From the NCBI GenBank assembly GCA_034530875.2, contig JAVRCJ020000007.1:96001-160000 (forward strand): DNA of 64,000 nucleotides, written 5' to 3'. The notes under the pieces were generated by a model. That model did not search any database and was not told the DNA's origin. It was given only the letters and a program-made list of their open reading frames with translations. The stretch is from Nostoc sp. DedSLP01 (GTDB taxonomy: Bacteria > Cyanobacteriota > Cyanobacteriia > Cyanobacteriales > Nostocaceae). This document shows, piece by piece, positions 32,136 through 42,881 of the stretch. A program made the translations under genes and the position numbers. Positions within the stretch are counted from its first letter, which is position 1, and each line of letters starts with the position of its first letter.

Positions 32136-33161
32136 TCACTGCTGTGGAGGCGGAGCGCCACCGATAAATTTATTCAAGCGATCGCATTCAATTTCTGCAA
32201 CTGTGATTTTATCCCCTGGACTCTTGGTTGCTGCAACTGGTTCAATTCGACAAGATTTCTTTAAGTAGTACCCACGCGGGTTGTAACTAGGCCCTATCCA
32301 AATATTTAATAAATCTAATACATACCCAGACTTAGTATTAGATACCCGTGGTTCAACACGCCATAATTCTTTTTCTTCATATTTTTTCAAGTTTTTTTCA
32401 ATTATTTCCCTACCCAAGCTTCCTACTCGCTGTTTTGCTTCTATCAACCATTTTTCTACTTCTGACCAAGGTGTTTCATTAATTTGATCTTCTACTCTTG
32501 GTTGAAGTTTATCTAAAACTAAAACCCCATTTCTCGGAACCTTAGATGATTCTTCAGTTATAACAACAAAGGTGCTAGTTTTAAACTTATCTGCTTTTAG
32601 AGTAGGATATTGCAGCATACTAGGATATTCTTGTAACCAGTTATCCACTACAAAATAAAATTGAATCCAGCAGCTTAGCAACATACTGCTAGCAACTAAA
32701 ATTATGATTTTTTGACGGTCTTCTGGTTTAGGAATTTGAGCTTTAGCATCTGTATCATTTCCTTCAATAAATTCTGGTATTGCCGTAATTAGTGCTGAGA
32801 TGGTTGGCCAAAAAACAATTGTTGTTGGTGTAACTGCATCCCTTTGACTTCCAAATGCAAAAACACTAACTAAAAATCCTGTGATTACTGCTCCCACGGG
32901 CATAAAAGTACCAGGAACCCTCAAAGGATCTTGTGTTGTATACCAAGCTGTACCAGAAATTAAAAACAACCAACCAAAAAATGCAATTATATCTTTTATA
33001 TAACCTATAGCAAAATATGAAAGTATCCAAGAATAAATACTCAGATAAATAAATGTTTGCCAAGAATAAGCTCTGGGTGGAATTAATAACTTTCTAATTC
33101 CTGCATAAAGCCCTTCAGCAAATCTGAAAATCCCAAATAAATCTTTAAGTAGCGTATTCAT
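32136..33161 (-). CDS. fraD: Septal junction protein FraD (DUF5357)
   Basis: PPRAYSWQT, N-terminal TM helices, periplasmic C-terminus with two Cys; 341 aa, directly after fraC. Confidence 0.88.
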   Translation of the reverse strand: MNTLLKDLFGIFRFAEGLYAGIRKLLIPPRAYSWQTFIYLSIYSWILSYFAIGYIKDIIAFFGWLFLISGTAWYTTQDPLRVPGTFMPVGAVITGFLVSVFAFGSQRDAVTPTTIVFWPTISALITAIPEFIEGNDTDAKAQIPKPEDRQKIIILVASSMLLSCWIQFYFVVDNWLQEYPSMLQYPTLKADKFKTSTFVVITEESSKVPRNGVLVLDKLQPRVEDQINETPWSEVEKWLIEAKQRVGSLGREIIEKNLKKYEEKELWRVEPRVSNTKSGYVLDLLNIWIGPSYNPRGYYLKKSCRIEPVAATKSPGDKITVAEIECDRLNKFIGGAPPPQQ

Positions 33162-33222
33162 ATTTCTCCCTACACCTGATTAATCTTTATCTTGCTCTGT
33201 GTGAATAGAACATAACCTGTTG

Positions 33223-33765
33223 CTACCTTGAACGCAGCAATAAAATAATGGTTATTGCACTATAACTGAGAGAGTTTGCTATCAATATACTAGTAACTAC
33301 ATTTGTACTTTGTAATTTAAGGTTGTTAAATCCCCGCCATTTTTGCCTTTGAAATCCTTGAATTTCTTCTTCTTTCTTAGCAAATGGTTCTTTCAATAAG
33401 GATATAACTAAAACTCTTAATAGCAAAAATTTAACTATAAAAGTACCAAAAAAAATTACAAAGGCTGTTAAAACTAACATAGTCTGCGTGCCAGCAGACT
33501 TAAAAGTATTAAAAAACAGATAAGTCATTAGTTCTGATTTCGTCTCTATTGGCAGCACTGGTTCGACAGCAAAAAATATAGACCAACCAATTACAGCTGA
33601 AAATAGATTAATAGAAATGGCATAAAAAGTACTAGTTTTTTTGTCAAATTTTAATCGCTTATGTAAAATATATGCCTCTATGGGGATGGCAATCAGTACA
33701 AATAAAAAGTCAAACAGAATTCCACCAATGGGAAAAATCCTCGGAAGCATCCAATTTTCAGGCAT
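33223..33765 (-). CDS. fraC: Filament integrity protein FraC
   Basis: [46 protein letters not shown]; 180 aa. Confidence 0.9.
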   Translation of the reverse strand: MPENWMLPRIFPIGGILFDFLFVLIAIPIEAYILHKRLKFDKKTSTFYAISINLFSAVIGWSIFFAVEPVLPIETKSELMTYLFFNTFKSAGTQTMLVLTAFVIFFGTFIVKFLLLRVLVISLLKEPFAKKEEEIQGFQRQKWRGFNNLKLQSTNVVTSILIANSLSYSAITIILLLRSR

Positions 33766-33869
33766 AAAAACTCGATGGTAAGGGTTAACTGTAGAGAGTA
33801 TAACCGGGATAGTGGCGGTGATGGGGGAAATTATCGTATTCGTCGAGCAGAGGGGGCTGGGGGAGCAGG

Positions 33870-33982
33870 GGAAGTGTGGGAGGTGTGGGAAGTGTGGGGG
33901 AAATAACTAATGACTAATAACTAATGACTAATGACCAATGACTAATGACCAATGACCAATGACTATTGACTAATGACTAATA
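33870..33982. repeat. STRR repeats (GTGTGGGA-type and AATGACT/AATGACC heptamers)
   Basis: Visible tandem arrays. Similar arrays occur at about 30005-30080, 32020-32090 and 58440-58500. Confidence 0.85.
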
Positions 33983-34022
33983 CCTAGAGATTAAAAACTG
34001 CTATATTATAGCTTTTCGAGAA

Positions 34023-35159
34023 ATGACAAGGAACGGCATCGGTATTCGCACGGCGCAAGTGCGTCAAGAACGGCTAACTGGTCAAATTCATGTTTATGAT
34101 GGTGCGGGGAAAGGTAAGTCTCAGGCGGCTTTAGGGGTAGTTTTGCGTTCGATTGGGTTGGGGATAAATACACCTACTAATTCCAATCGAGTTTTATTGC
34201 TGCGGTTTTTAAAGGGGCCTGAACGTGATTATGATGAAGATGGAGCGATCGCGGCTTTGCAACGTGGCTTTCCTCATTTAATTGACCAAGTTCGCACTGG
34301 GAGAGCAGAATTTTTTGGCCCCGAAGAAATCACTGCCTTTGATAGACATGAAGCGGCGCGGGGTTGGGATGTAGCCAAAGGTGCGATCGCTAGCGGTTTA
34401 TATTCAGTTGTAGTTTTGGATGAAATTAACCCCGTCCTGGATTTGGGTTTGCTACCAGTGGATGAGGTGGTGCGGACGTTAAAATCCAAACCCCAAGAGT
34501 TAGAAATCATTGCTACCGGACGCGGCGCACCGCAAAAGTTGCTCGATATTGCAGATTTACACTCGGAAATGAAACCGCACCACCACCCAACAGCCAAAGC
34601 ACTCTTGCTTAATGGCATTGAAATTTATACTGGTGCTGGTAAAGGCAAGTCTACGAGTGCTTTGGGCAAAGCTTTACAGGCAATTGGTAGGGGAATCAAT
34701 CACCCAGGCTCTACGCGTGTATTAATTATGCAGTGGCTCAAAGGCGGTAGTGGGTACACGGAAGATGCAGCGATCGCCGCTTTGCAGCAGTCATATCCAG
34801 AAGTGGTGGATCATCAGCGCTGCGGTCGAGATGCAATTGTCTGGCGCAATTCTCGGCAAGAATTAGACTACGTAGAAGCCGAACGGGGTTGGGAAATCGC
34901 CAAAGTTGCGATCGCTTCTGGGCTGTATAAAACAATTATTCTTGACGAACTCAATCCCACAGTAGACTTGGAATTACTTCCTGTTGAACCCATTGTTCAA
35001 GCTTTGCTCCGCAAACCCCGCGACACTGAAATCATCATCACCGGTCGCTGTCAAAATCAACCAGCATATTTTGACTTGGCTAGCGTCCACTCAGAGGTTT
35101 ACTGCCACAAACACTATGCAAATCATGGCGTAGAACTCAAACGAGGCGTAGATTTTTAA
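34023..35159 (+). CDS. Cob(I)alamin adenosyltransferase (CobO/BtuR) family, tandem two-domain form
   Basis: Two copies of Y.G.GKGKS..ALG, LDE.NP..DL and TGR motifs. Confidence 0.88.
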   Translation: MTRNGIGIRTAQVRQERLTGQIHVYDGAGKGKSQAALGVVLRSIGLGINTPTNSNRVLLLRFLKGPERDYDEDGAIAALQRGFPHLIDQVRTGRAEFFGPEEITAFDRHEAARGWDVAKGAIASGLYSVVVLDEINPVLDLGLLPVDEVVRTLKSKPQELEIIATGRGAPQKLLDIADLHSEMKPHHHPTAKALLLNGIEIYTGAGKGKSTSALGKALQAIGRGINHPGSTRVLIMQWLKGGSGYTEDAAIAALQQSYPEVVDHQRCGRDAIVWRNSRQELDYVEAERGWEIAKVAIASGLYKTIILDELNPTVDLELLPVEPIVQALLRKPRDTEIIITGRCQNQPAYFDLASVHSEVYCHKHYANHGVELKRGVDF

Positions 35160-35250
35160 ATCGGACATTGGGCAAAATAGTTGCGAGTTTTGAGTTCTGG
35201 CTCAAAACTCGTTTTTATTGAGCGATCGCTGTAAATACAGAACATAACTT

Positions 35251-35360
35251 ATACCAATTCGCAATGGACTACGCCCCGCTTTGCTAACGCAATTAAGGAA
35301 CTTAGATGCTGCAAGCCTTCCGTGATTTGCATCTGTTGCTTGATTTTGGAGAATTGGTAT
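35251..35360. mobile_element. MITE-like element (ATACCAATTC...GAATTGGTAT termini) carrying a small dispersed repeat
   Basis: 10-bp terminal inverted repeat. A related element lies at about 55411..55527. Confidence 0.55.
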
Positions 35361-35595
35361 TAGTAGAAAAGAATGTTTAACTTAAACTTATACTTAAAAA
35401 AAGATGTTAAAAATATAACTGATATACAAAATTGGTTCGCAACCAGCCATACTTAATACTTTTGTACAGATGCAATGAGTTGCGTCTGTAACTATTCTCT
35501 GTTTCCAACTCAGATAGTAAACAACGAATTAAACTTGAGATAGAGTATAAAAACTCTGAAGAAAAAATTTGTTTTGGAAAACGCTTACGATTTTA

Positions 35596-35970
35596 ATGTT
35601 TAAAGATTTAGCAGTGATTGACGAACAACTTTCTCGGCGTCATATTGACCTCGATCCTGGTGGATATTTCATCATTTATTTGGATAGAGAGGCAAAGTTA
35701 ATTTATGCCAAGCATTTTACAAATTTCATTGATGAGCGTGGTTTAGCAGTCGATCCAGAAACAGGAAAGGTAATTCCTGCACGAGAAAAAGTAGAACGAA
35801 CTTCCACGACAGTTTTTAATGGAAGGACGGCTAAAGAACTTTGCGTCAAAATTTTTGAGGAAACTCAGCCCTGTCCAGTTACTCAATTAAATCATGCAGC
35901 TTATTTAGGTCGAGAATTTGTTCGGGCTGAAGTCGCTTTAGTTACAGAACAAGAGTATGTTCAAGATTGA
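35596..35970 (+). CDS. DUF4346 family protein
   Basis: IDLDPGGYFIIY...GRTAKEL...HAAYLGREF.RAE.AL...YVQD. Start codon uncertain. Confidence 0.85.
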   Translation: MFKDLAVIDEQLSRRHIDLDPGGYFIIYLDREAKLIYAKHFTNFIDERGLAVDPETGKVIPAREKVERTSTTVFNGRTAKELCVKIFEETQPCPVTQLNHAAYLGREFVRAEVALVTEQEYVQD

Positions 35971-36152
35971 AGTCTGGAGTGAAAAGTTGGGAGTTAAGAG
36001 TGAGGAGTGAGGAGTTAAAAGTTAATAGTGAAGAGTGAGAAGTTAGGAATTAAAAGTTGATAGTTAAAAATTTACGATTCAAAACTCTTAACCTCCTCTA
36101 AACTCCCAACTTCTAACTCTTAATTCATAACTTCTAACTCCTCACTTTCTCT

Positions 36153-36896
36153 TTATCCGTCAGATGATGGTTGATTTATCTGATAGATGTAGTACGTCGC
36201 CATTGGAATAACGGTGGCGGCAATTAACAATCCTATTACCCAAGCGGTAGCGCTACCTTGGACAGCTTTAGTTTCTTCTGCATCTTTGAAAGTACCTTCT
36301 ACCTGCACATTATCAGCAACTTCGGGCGGGCCTGGATCGGGTTTGCCTGAGAGGACTGCAACCAAGCGATCGCTAGTATCTGTAAATGCTTGATTATATT
36401 TATTACCCTGGCGCAATGGTATACTTAGGGTTTCCTCAGCTACACTCTTAGCAATAGAGTCTGTAAGCAAAGGCTTAACTCGATCCCCAGTAATAATCGC
36501 GGTACCATTGGTGGCTGTGTCAAGAACTAATAAAGTTTGATTGGCTTGGGCTTCTTTTGTGGGAAACCATTTTTCAAACAGTTCTTTACTAAAGCTTTCG
36601 GGCGTTTCACCGTAGTCAAAATGGCGAATAGTAACGATTCTGACTTCATTGCCAGTCTGCTTTGCTAAATCCTCGAAAGCGCTGCTAATCTTACCTTCAT
36701 TCACACGACTGATGATTTCACCTCGATCCAAAACCCAGGTGTTATTCCCTGGTGTCAGGTCGGGTATTTCATACACGCCCGTCGCCAAAGCAGGTGCGGT
36801 AAATAGCGAAGCCGCTAAAATAACCGCGACCAATGGTAAAATTAGCCGGATAAAATGCTTTCGATTGCTAAATACTTGTTTGAGGAGCTGTTTCAT
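36153..36896 (-). CDS. psb32: TPM-domain photosystem II repair protein Psb32
   Basis: Signal peptide ending PALA, TGVYEIP, YNQAF..SDRLVAVLSG.PDPGPP, C-terminal TM ATVIPMATY. Confidence 0.85.
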   Translation of the reverse strand: MKQLLKQVFSNRKHFIRLILPLVAVILAASLFTAPALATGVYEIPDLTPGNNTWVLDRGEIISRVNEGKISSAFEDLAKQTGNEVRIVTIRHFDYGETPESFSKELFEKWFPTKEAQANQTLLVLDTATNGTAIITGDRVKPLLTDSIAKSVAEETLSIPLRQGNKYNQAFTDTSDRLVAVLSGKPDPGPPEVADNVQVEGTFKDAEETKAVQGSATAWVIGLLIAATVIPMATYYIYQINQPSSDG

Positions 36897-37205
36897 CGTA
36901 TTAACTCTAAGACTGGCTTGCACCAAAAATAATATAGAACCATTGTCAAAATAACCTGGTTCCGGGTTTTGTTGAATAATAAGTTTCTGCTATTACCAGC
37001 AGATATATATTTTACAGGATTTTTTATTACACAAATTTCTTCTCTAGGGAGTTACTAGCATTACTCTGAAGAAAATAAGCGAGACGCTATGCAAGAAATC
37101 ATACAACGAGGGTATGAAAATATTTGTTTCCCAGTCCCTAGTCCCCAATTCTCATTTTCAAGCTACCATCCATAAGAATATGTCAGCTATCTTTAGGAAT
37201 AAAAA

Positions 37206-38087
37206 ATGAGGAAAATTTGGCTACTGGGTTTGACATTAGTTAGTTTCGGGATGGTGTTGCGGTTTAATATGCGTTCTTTAACAACACCAATACCCGCTGT
37301 TGCAGTTTCACCAGCAAAAACTATCCGCTACGAACAGCGGACTTTGCCCGAAAGTATAGCCAATATCCTATTCGTTCCAGCTAATAGCCGATTTTTGGTA
37401 ACTCCTGCATTATCACAGAAAGTAAGCACTGTAGAAGAGTTTGGGCAGAAGTATGATAAAGCGATCGCCATTTTCAATGCAGGCTTTTTTGACCCAGCTA
37501 ACCAAAAAACTACATCTTATGTCATCATCCAAGGAAAATTAGTAGCCGACCCCAAACAAAACAATCGCTTAGTAAACAATCCCAACTTAAAACCATACCT
37601 GGGTAAAATTTTCAATCGCCCAGAATTCCGTCGCTATCTATGCGGTCAAAATATTAAATATGATATTGCTTTGCACAATGAATCAACACCAACCGATTGT
37701 AAGCTAGTGGATGCAATAGGCGCAGGGCCGCGTCTGTTACCAAAACTGACTTTAGTAGAAGAAGCTTTTGTGGATAACGCCAATAAGCGAGATGCACTTG
37801 GTAGCAACCAACCCAATGCTAGAACTGCTGTAGGAATTACCCGTGATGGAAGTGTTGTTTTAGTGATGGTAGCTCAAAAACCTTCAGTTGGTGCTAATTC
37901 TGGAATTTCGTTACCAGCGCTGGCAGATTTCATGAAAACCCTTGGTGTTGAGAAAGCGATGAATTTAGATGGCGGTAGTTCGTCTTCGCTTTATTACAAG
38001 GGTAAAACCATTTACGGAAAAATTGATTTAGAGGGAAACTTTATTAAGCGACCTGTGAAATCAGTTTTACTGGTTCAGGAAAACTAA
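37206..38087 (+). CDS. Phosphodiester glycosidase (NAGPA/DUF2233) family protein
   Basis: NAGFFD, GAGPRL, ARTAVGI, AMNLDGGSSS. Confidence 0.9.
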   Translation: MRKIWLLGLTLVSFGMVLRFNMRSLTTPIPAVAVSPAKTIRYEQRTLPESIANILFVPANSRFLVTPALSQKVSTVEEFGQKYDKAIAIFNAGFFDPANQKTTSYVIIQGKLVADPKQNNRLVNNPNLKPYLGKIFNRPEFRRYLCGQNIKYDIALHNESTPTDCKLVDAIGAGPRLLPKLTLVEEAFVDNANKRDALGSNQPNARTAVGITRDGSVVLVMVAQKPSVGANSGISLPALADFMKTLGVEKAMNLDGGSSSSLYYKGKTIYGKIDLEGNFIKRPVKSVLLVQEN

Positions 38088-38542
38088 CATCATCAAGTCA
38101 AATATTTACGCAATTTTTAAGTCGTATTTTTAACGAAGGCAGGAGGCAGGAGGCCGTTTTTGTAATGAGGATTTATACCCCATTCTAAAAACTTTTAGCC
38201 TTAAAAGGCGACGTTTTATACCTGATTATTTCGATAACTTACTTAAATTGAAAATGCAGTGTAGGGGATGAGGAAGACGCAGCTTCAGCTTGCTGCAACA
38301 TAAGAACAGTATAGCAGGAGAGAAATTTCTCTGCCAAAGGTGGATGACTCCAGGCGGGGCTAAATTGCTAGGCAAGACGTTTTAGATTATACAAATTATA
38401 ATGTAGGCATTCTTTGAATTTTCTTTATGTATTCTTGAATAAACAAGAATTGGTAATGAAGGAGATAAATAAAGGTGACTGCTCAAAATAGTTTTGATTA
38501 GTTTAGAGATTAAATATTTATGAGTATGAGAGTAATAGTTAT

Positions 38543-38965
38543 ATGAAAGCAGTTAAAAAATTTTTCGCATTATTTCTTCTCGTATTTGGCATTCCATTGT
38601 CTGCTGGGATGCTCTGGGAAGTTATTAATCCTCAAACTAACCCTCAAGACAAAGAAGGTGCTGTAGCTATTTTAGCTCTTATGAGCATTCCTTCAACAAT
38701 GATTGGAGGCTGGTTAACTTGGTCTTTAGTACAGGAGAGCAAAAAAGAAAAAGCTTTGCTCTTGGAAGCAGAACAAAAGCGCCTTCAGTTGGTATTTTTA
38801 GACTTAGTTGAGAGTAATTCTGGAACAATTACAATATTACAAATGGCGAAAAATGCTGATATTTCAACCCAGAAAGCTAAAGAATATTTAGATGACAAAG
38901 CCAAAGAACTAAATGCTTCTTTTGAAGTGGGTGTAAATGGAAATATTTTGTATCGGTTTTCGTAG
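38543..38965 (+). CDS. Hypothetical membrane protein with C-terminal winged-helix-like region
   Basis: Two TM segments followed by GTITILQMAKNADIS..KAKEYLD. Confidence 0.7.
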   Translation: MKAVKKFFALFLLVFGIPLSAGMLWEVINPQTNPQDKEGAVAILALMSIPSTMIGGWLTWSLVQESKKEKALLLEAEQKRLQLVFLDLVESNSGTITILQMAKNADISTQKAKEYLDDKAKELNASFEVGVNGNILYRFS

Positions 38966-39071
38966 TGAATCAAAATTCCGAAATCAGGATTATGAATTTA
39001 GAAGTCAAATAATCTTTATGCTTGGTTCCCAAAATTAGTTTGTTTACTTTCTAGCTTGAAATGTCTTGGAA

Positions 39072-39560
39072 TCAAATATTTAAATCGCGTAGTGCTAAAC
39101 GAATTTGTTCCACGCGTCTGCGGTTGACACCGAGATCGTATTCTCCAATGCGAGATGCCGATCGCACATGTATTACTGATTCATCGGCAGGGAAATAAAA
39201 CTCTACATCATCAATAAATTTAAAGATCCGGCTTTTAGAAAGAGCATGGATGTAATTATCTGTTTGTTCGATAACCTGTGTACGGGGAACAACAGTGAGA
39301 ACTTTGAGTAAGGTTTCTTTTGCTGCGTTGCGGTCTATATGATAGGCGATGGGGTCAATGGTATGTTTGCTATCTGCGTTTTGACTAACAACACAGTTGT
39401 TTGAAACTGGACAAGCATTTAGATGGCCGTTATTAACTCCCAAACCAGAAGCAGCCAAAGTCACAGCAGGAAGTATTAAAGTACCGATCAAAGTTAGGAG
39501 TATTGCAAGACTGACACTACACCAGAGTCGCTTGATGTAGGTGTATCCCTTCGTAGGCAT
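39072..39560 (-). CDS. DUF1499 family protein
   Basis: ACP...NCVVSQ, FKFIDDVEF, IHVRSASRIG..DLGVNRRRVE. Start codon uncertain. Confidence 0.88.
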   Translation of the reverse strand: MPTKGYTYIKRLWCSVSLAILLTLIGTLILPAVTLAASGLGVNNGHLNACPVSNNCVVSQNADSKHTIDPIAYHIDRNAAKETLLKVLTVVPRTQVIEQTDNYIHALSKSRIFKFIDDVEFYFPADESVIHVRSASRIGEYDLGVNRRRVEQIRLALRDLNI

Positions 39561-39991
39561 CTCAATTAGCAGACAAGACACGATAAATTGACTCCTCAAA
39601 ACTTAAATAGCACTCAATTATTTTCGGTCATTTTGGCACAGTTGTGGAAGTTAAAATAATTCGTAATTTGTAATTGAATTAGTTGGGGATTTAAACCTCA
39701 ACTAATTTAAGAGTACTAAATTGGAAATTTGCGATCGCACATCTTACCGCATCAGCCATCTTCATAAGAAATAATCAGCATCGATCGCTAATTTTTTCAA
39801 TAACTTTATTTAAACTTCATGTATTGGTAAAATTTGCAATTACTTGCACGAAATCCTGAAATGCTTTCTCAAAACTCCTAAATGCTTTCTCATTTGGGTA
39901 GATTTAGCAAGTAAAATGCTTAAAGAGCTTCTCCAACAAACAAATAACAGTTAAAACTTAAACTAGAAAAACTTTTACTCTGGAACTGCTG

Positions 39992-40570
39992 ATGATTTGT
40001 CACTTCCTCATTGGTGTCCCTGGTAGCGGGAAATCCACTTTGGCGGCCGAGTTAGCAAAACTGGGGAATTATCGCATCGTCTCTACTGATACAATTCGTC
40101 AACAACTCTATGGCGATGCGAGTATTCAAGGTGAGTGGAGTCAGGTTGAAGAAAAAGTTATCTCAGAAATTGTAGATGCGATCGCTCAAGGTGATTCCAT
40201 CATCTATGATGCTACTAATGCTAAACGCATCTGGCGGATAGATTTGCTTGGAAAGCTAAAATCTATTGCCCCATCTAGTTTGTGGATAGCGTGGTATTTG
40301 CAAACTCCCGTTACAAATTGCAAGTTATGGAATCAACAACGTACTCGTCAAGTCCCAGATTCTATAATTGAAAGTATGCACCAATCTCTACAAGACTTTC
40401 CACCAATAGCTGGCGAAGGATTTGTAACTGTTAAAGAAATCGATGTCACTTCGGCAAACTTTGATATAAATGCAGTTCGCAAGGATATAGAAAAAACTCT
40501 CAACCCCGATAAAATATTGTCAGAATTTCCGTCAGAGATGAGTATTTTGCAGGGTAATGCTAATTCGTAA
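39992..40570 (+). CDS. AAA_33 / polynucleotide-kinase-like P-loop protein (possibly a shortened AAA-WYL regulator)
   Basis: LIGVPGSGKST, VSTD.IR, IYDATN, R.RQVP..IIE.M. Confidence 0.8.
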   Translation: MICHFLIGVPGSGKSTLAAELAKLGNYRIVSTDTIRQQLYGDASIQGEWSQVEEKVISEIVDAIAQGDSIIYDATNAKRIWRIDLLGKLKSIAPSSLWIAWYLQTPVTNCKLWNQQRTRQVPDSIIESMHQSLQDFPPIAGEGFVTVKEIDVTSANFDINAVRKDIEKTLNPDKILSEFPSEMSILQGNANS

Positions 40571-40585
40571 TTCGTAATTAATCTA

Positions 40586-40768
40586 ATGAATAAGAGTATA
40601 AATGTTATTGTAATATTATTATTAATTCTATATTTTAGCTACTCGATTAAGGCTAATAGCAAAAGTAGTTTGGATATCTTTCCTGGACATACTCCTAAGA
40701 GTTTAGAGAGAATATCTGGAGGAATAATAAACTGTAAGTGGTTTCCAAATCCACATCATTGTCAGTGA
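40586..40768 (+). CDS. Small putative secreted peptide (60 aa)
   Basis: Basic plus hydrophobic N-terminus, then ERISGG followed by a two-Cys C-terminal segment. Confidence 0.45.
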   Translation: MNKSINVIVILLLILYFSYSIKANSKSSLDIFPGHTPKSLERISGGIINCKWFPNPHHCQ

Positions 40769-40912
40769 GGTTATGCAAGGAACATAAGTGATTTATCAAA
40801 TCTCGTTTTGTAAAGTGTGTTATGCCAATTCACGAAATTAGCGATAAAAATTACTTCCTCTGCCCCCACTGCCCCACACCCTTCTAATATTAGAAACCTC
40901 CATTTTGATTAG

Positions 40913-41968
40913 TTAAATCGTGACTAAATAATCTTGTGGTTCTTCTTCTAATTCATAACCATTACGGAGTTTTCTGATTGCTTGGTCAATCATTTCTAAA
41001 CCCCGATCTACTGTTTCAATTACGCTTAATTGTCCTCGTAATTCGGCAGCCCCGACAAAACCTTTAGCATACCAAGTCATGTGTTTGCGGGCTTGACGAA
41101 CGCCGCGATCGCCTTTATATTCCCACAAGGCTTGTAAATGATCTCTCGCACATTCCAACCGTTCGATTGGGGTTGGTGGCGGTAATATTTCTCCAGTTTT
41201 TAAGAAGCGATCGATTTCTCCCACTAAAAAGGGATAACCTAAAGTTCCACGGGAACACATCACACCGTCAGCGCCAGTTTCTTCTAAACATTTCACCGCC
41301 GCCTCAATAGAAAAAATATCTCCATTGGCAATCACTGGAATAGAAAGTATTTCCTTCACACGGGCAATCCATTCCCAACGGGCATTGCCATTGTATCCTT
41401 GGGCACGAGTGCGTCCGTGTACCGTAATCATTTTTGCCCCTGCATCTTCCATTCGCTTGGCAAAGTCGAGAATAGTAATTTCTTTGTCATTCCAGCCAAT
41501 ACGAGTTTTTACTGTCACAGGTACATCAACAGCTTTCACAACTTCTCGCACAATTGCTTGGGCAACTTCCGGTTGGCGCAATAGAGAAGAACCGCCCCCA
41601 TTTTTAGTAATTTTATTTACCGGACAACCCATATTAATATCAACAGTATCAGCCCCTTCTGCAACTGCTTTGACTGCTGCTTCTGCCAGAAAATCTGGAC
41701 GACAATCAAATAATTGAATGCTTATTGGGCGTTCGTTGGGGTCTACCTCCATGATTTTGGGCAACTCTTTCACATAATGCAACCCGGTAGCATTGACCAT
41801 TTCGGTATACATCATCGAATCAGGTGCATAACGACGCACCAAGCGGCGAAATACCAAATCTGTTACCCCAGATAAAGGCGACTGAAGAACGCGACTTTTT
41901 ACCTCGAAAGAACCAATTTTTAAAGGTTGAGAGAGTCTAGCTTGCAGAGTAGGAGATAGGGAAATCAT
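40913..41968 (-). CDS. dusB: tRNA-dihydrouridine synthase B
   Basis: SPLSGVTD, DINMGCPV.K, VTVKTRIGW, VHGRTR, IANGDI. Confidence 0.95.
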   Translation of the reverse strand: MISLSPTLQARLSQPLKIGSFEVKSRVLQSPLSGVTDLVFRRLVRRYAPDSMMYTEMVNATGLHYVKELPKIMEVDPNERPISIQLFDCRPDFLAEAAVKAVAEGADTVDINMGCPVNKITKNGGGSSLLRQPEVAQAIVREVVKAVDVPVTVKTRIGWNDKEITILDFAKRMEDAGAKMITVHGRTRAQGYNGNARWEWIARVKEILSIPVIANGDIFSIEAAVKCLEETGADGVMCSRGTLGYPFLVGEIDRFLKTGEILPPPTPIERLECARDHLQALWEYKGDRGVRQARKHMTWYAKGFVGAAELRGQLSVIETVDRGLEMIDQAIRKLRNGYELEEEPQDYLVTI

Positions 41969-42083
41969 ACAATAAATTAAAAATTCAAAATTGTGTAAGC
42001 AAAAGATTTTTAGGGTATTTAAGACTATTTACTGATACTGCGAATTACATCCTTTAAATTTCCTCGTAACCGATTAATTTTGT

Positions 42084-42881
42084 TTAAGTATCTTGAGTAG
42101 GAGGATGTTTTTGAATTTCTTGCTGTACCTCCTCTAAACTCAAACCTAACTCTTTTGCTGTTTCTTCAAAACTCAATCCCAACCTCAACAACAAAGGAAT
42201 CATTCTCAATTTTTCTTGACGCGCTCCTTCTTGCTGCCCTTCTTGATAAACTCGTGTTTGTTTCAAATCGCTTAATCCAAACATTCCTTCAATCTCCTCT
42301 CGGCTCATAGTTGGAAATTTGTAAACCAAAATTGTCTCTATTAATTCTAATAACTGCCGCCGCCGTGGTTCAATATTGATTTCTTGCTCGGTTCTGTCTA
42401 TTAACTGTCTGGCGGATGTGATTGCTGTATCCTCATTATCGACTACTAATTTCATCGTAGCAATTCCAATTGGCAACGATGTAGTTTCACCTAATTCATT
42501 TAGATAAATACGACTGATGCGCTGGCTGTCGAAAAATTCACTGTAATTCTTGATGTCTGCTGTATCTAAACTGCGATTGGGATAGATAACAACTCCTCGC
42601 CAAGAATTTTTAGGTTGATTTTGACGTAAGTACAAACAAATTTCTGAAATTAGCCGCGAATAAATTTCTGTATCGGTTTGAAATTGAACCTCAACAAAAT
42701 AAATTGGATTTTTCTCTCCTTGTGTTGGTAGAAAAACCCCATCAATGCGGAATGCAGTTTGTTTGATTTCTACTGAAGAGAATTGATAACCTTCTGCGGT
42801 TTGGGGTGGGTTGCCAATTAATTCAAAAAAGATATCAGGAAATTCTTGAAAAAGACGATAAAAAATGCTGTCAGTTTTCAC
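42084..42881 (-). CDS. Rpn-family recombination-promoting nuclease (DUF2887 type)
   Basis: MKTDSIFYRLFQ..SVEIKQTAFRIDGVF..YFVEVQFQ..LKQTRVYQE. Confidence 0.9.
   Translation of the reverse strand: MKTDSIFYRLFQEFPDIFFELIGNPPQTAEGYQFSSVEIKQTAFRIDGVFLPTQGEKNPIYFVEVQFQTDTEIYSRLISEICLYLRQNQPKNSWRGVVIYPNRSLDTADIKNYSEFFDSQRISRIYLNELGETTSLPIGIATMKLVVDNEDTAITSARQLIDRTEQEINIEPRRRQLLELIETILVYKFPTMSREEIEGMFGLSDLKQTRVYQEGQQEGARQEKLRMIPLLLRLGLSFEETAKELGLSLEEVQQEIQKHPPTQDT

Noticed and set aside
34023..35159. Internal duplication in the CobO-like protein as a novelty
   Set aside because: The two-domain form is, to my knowledge, common in cyanobacteria.
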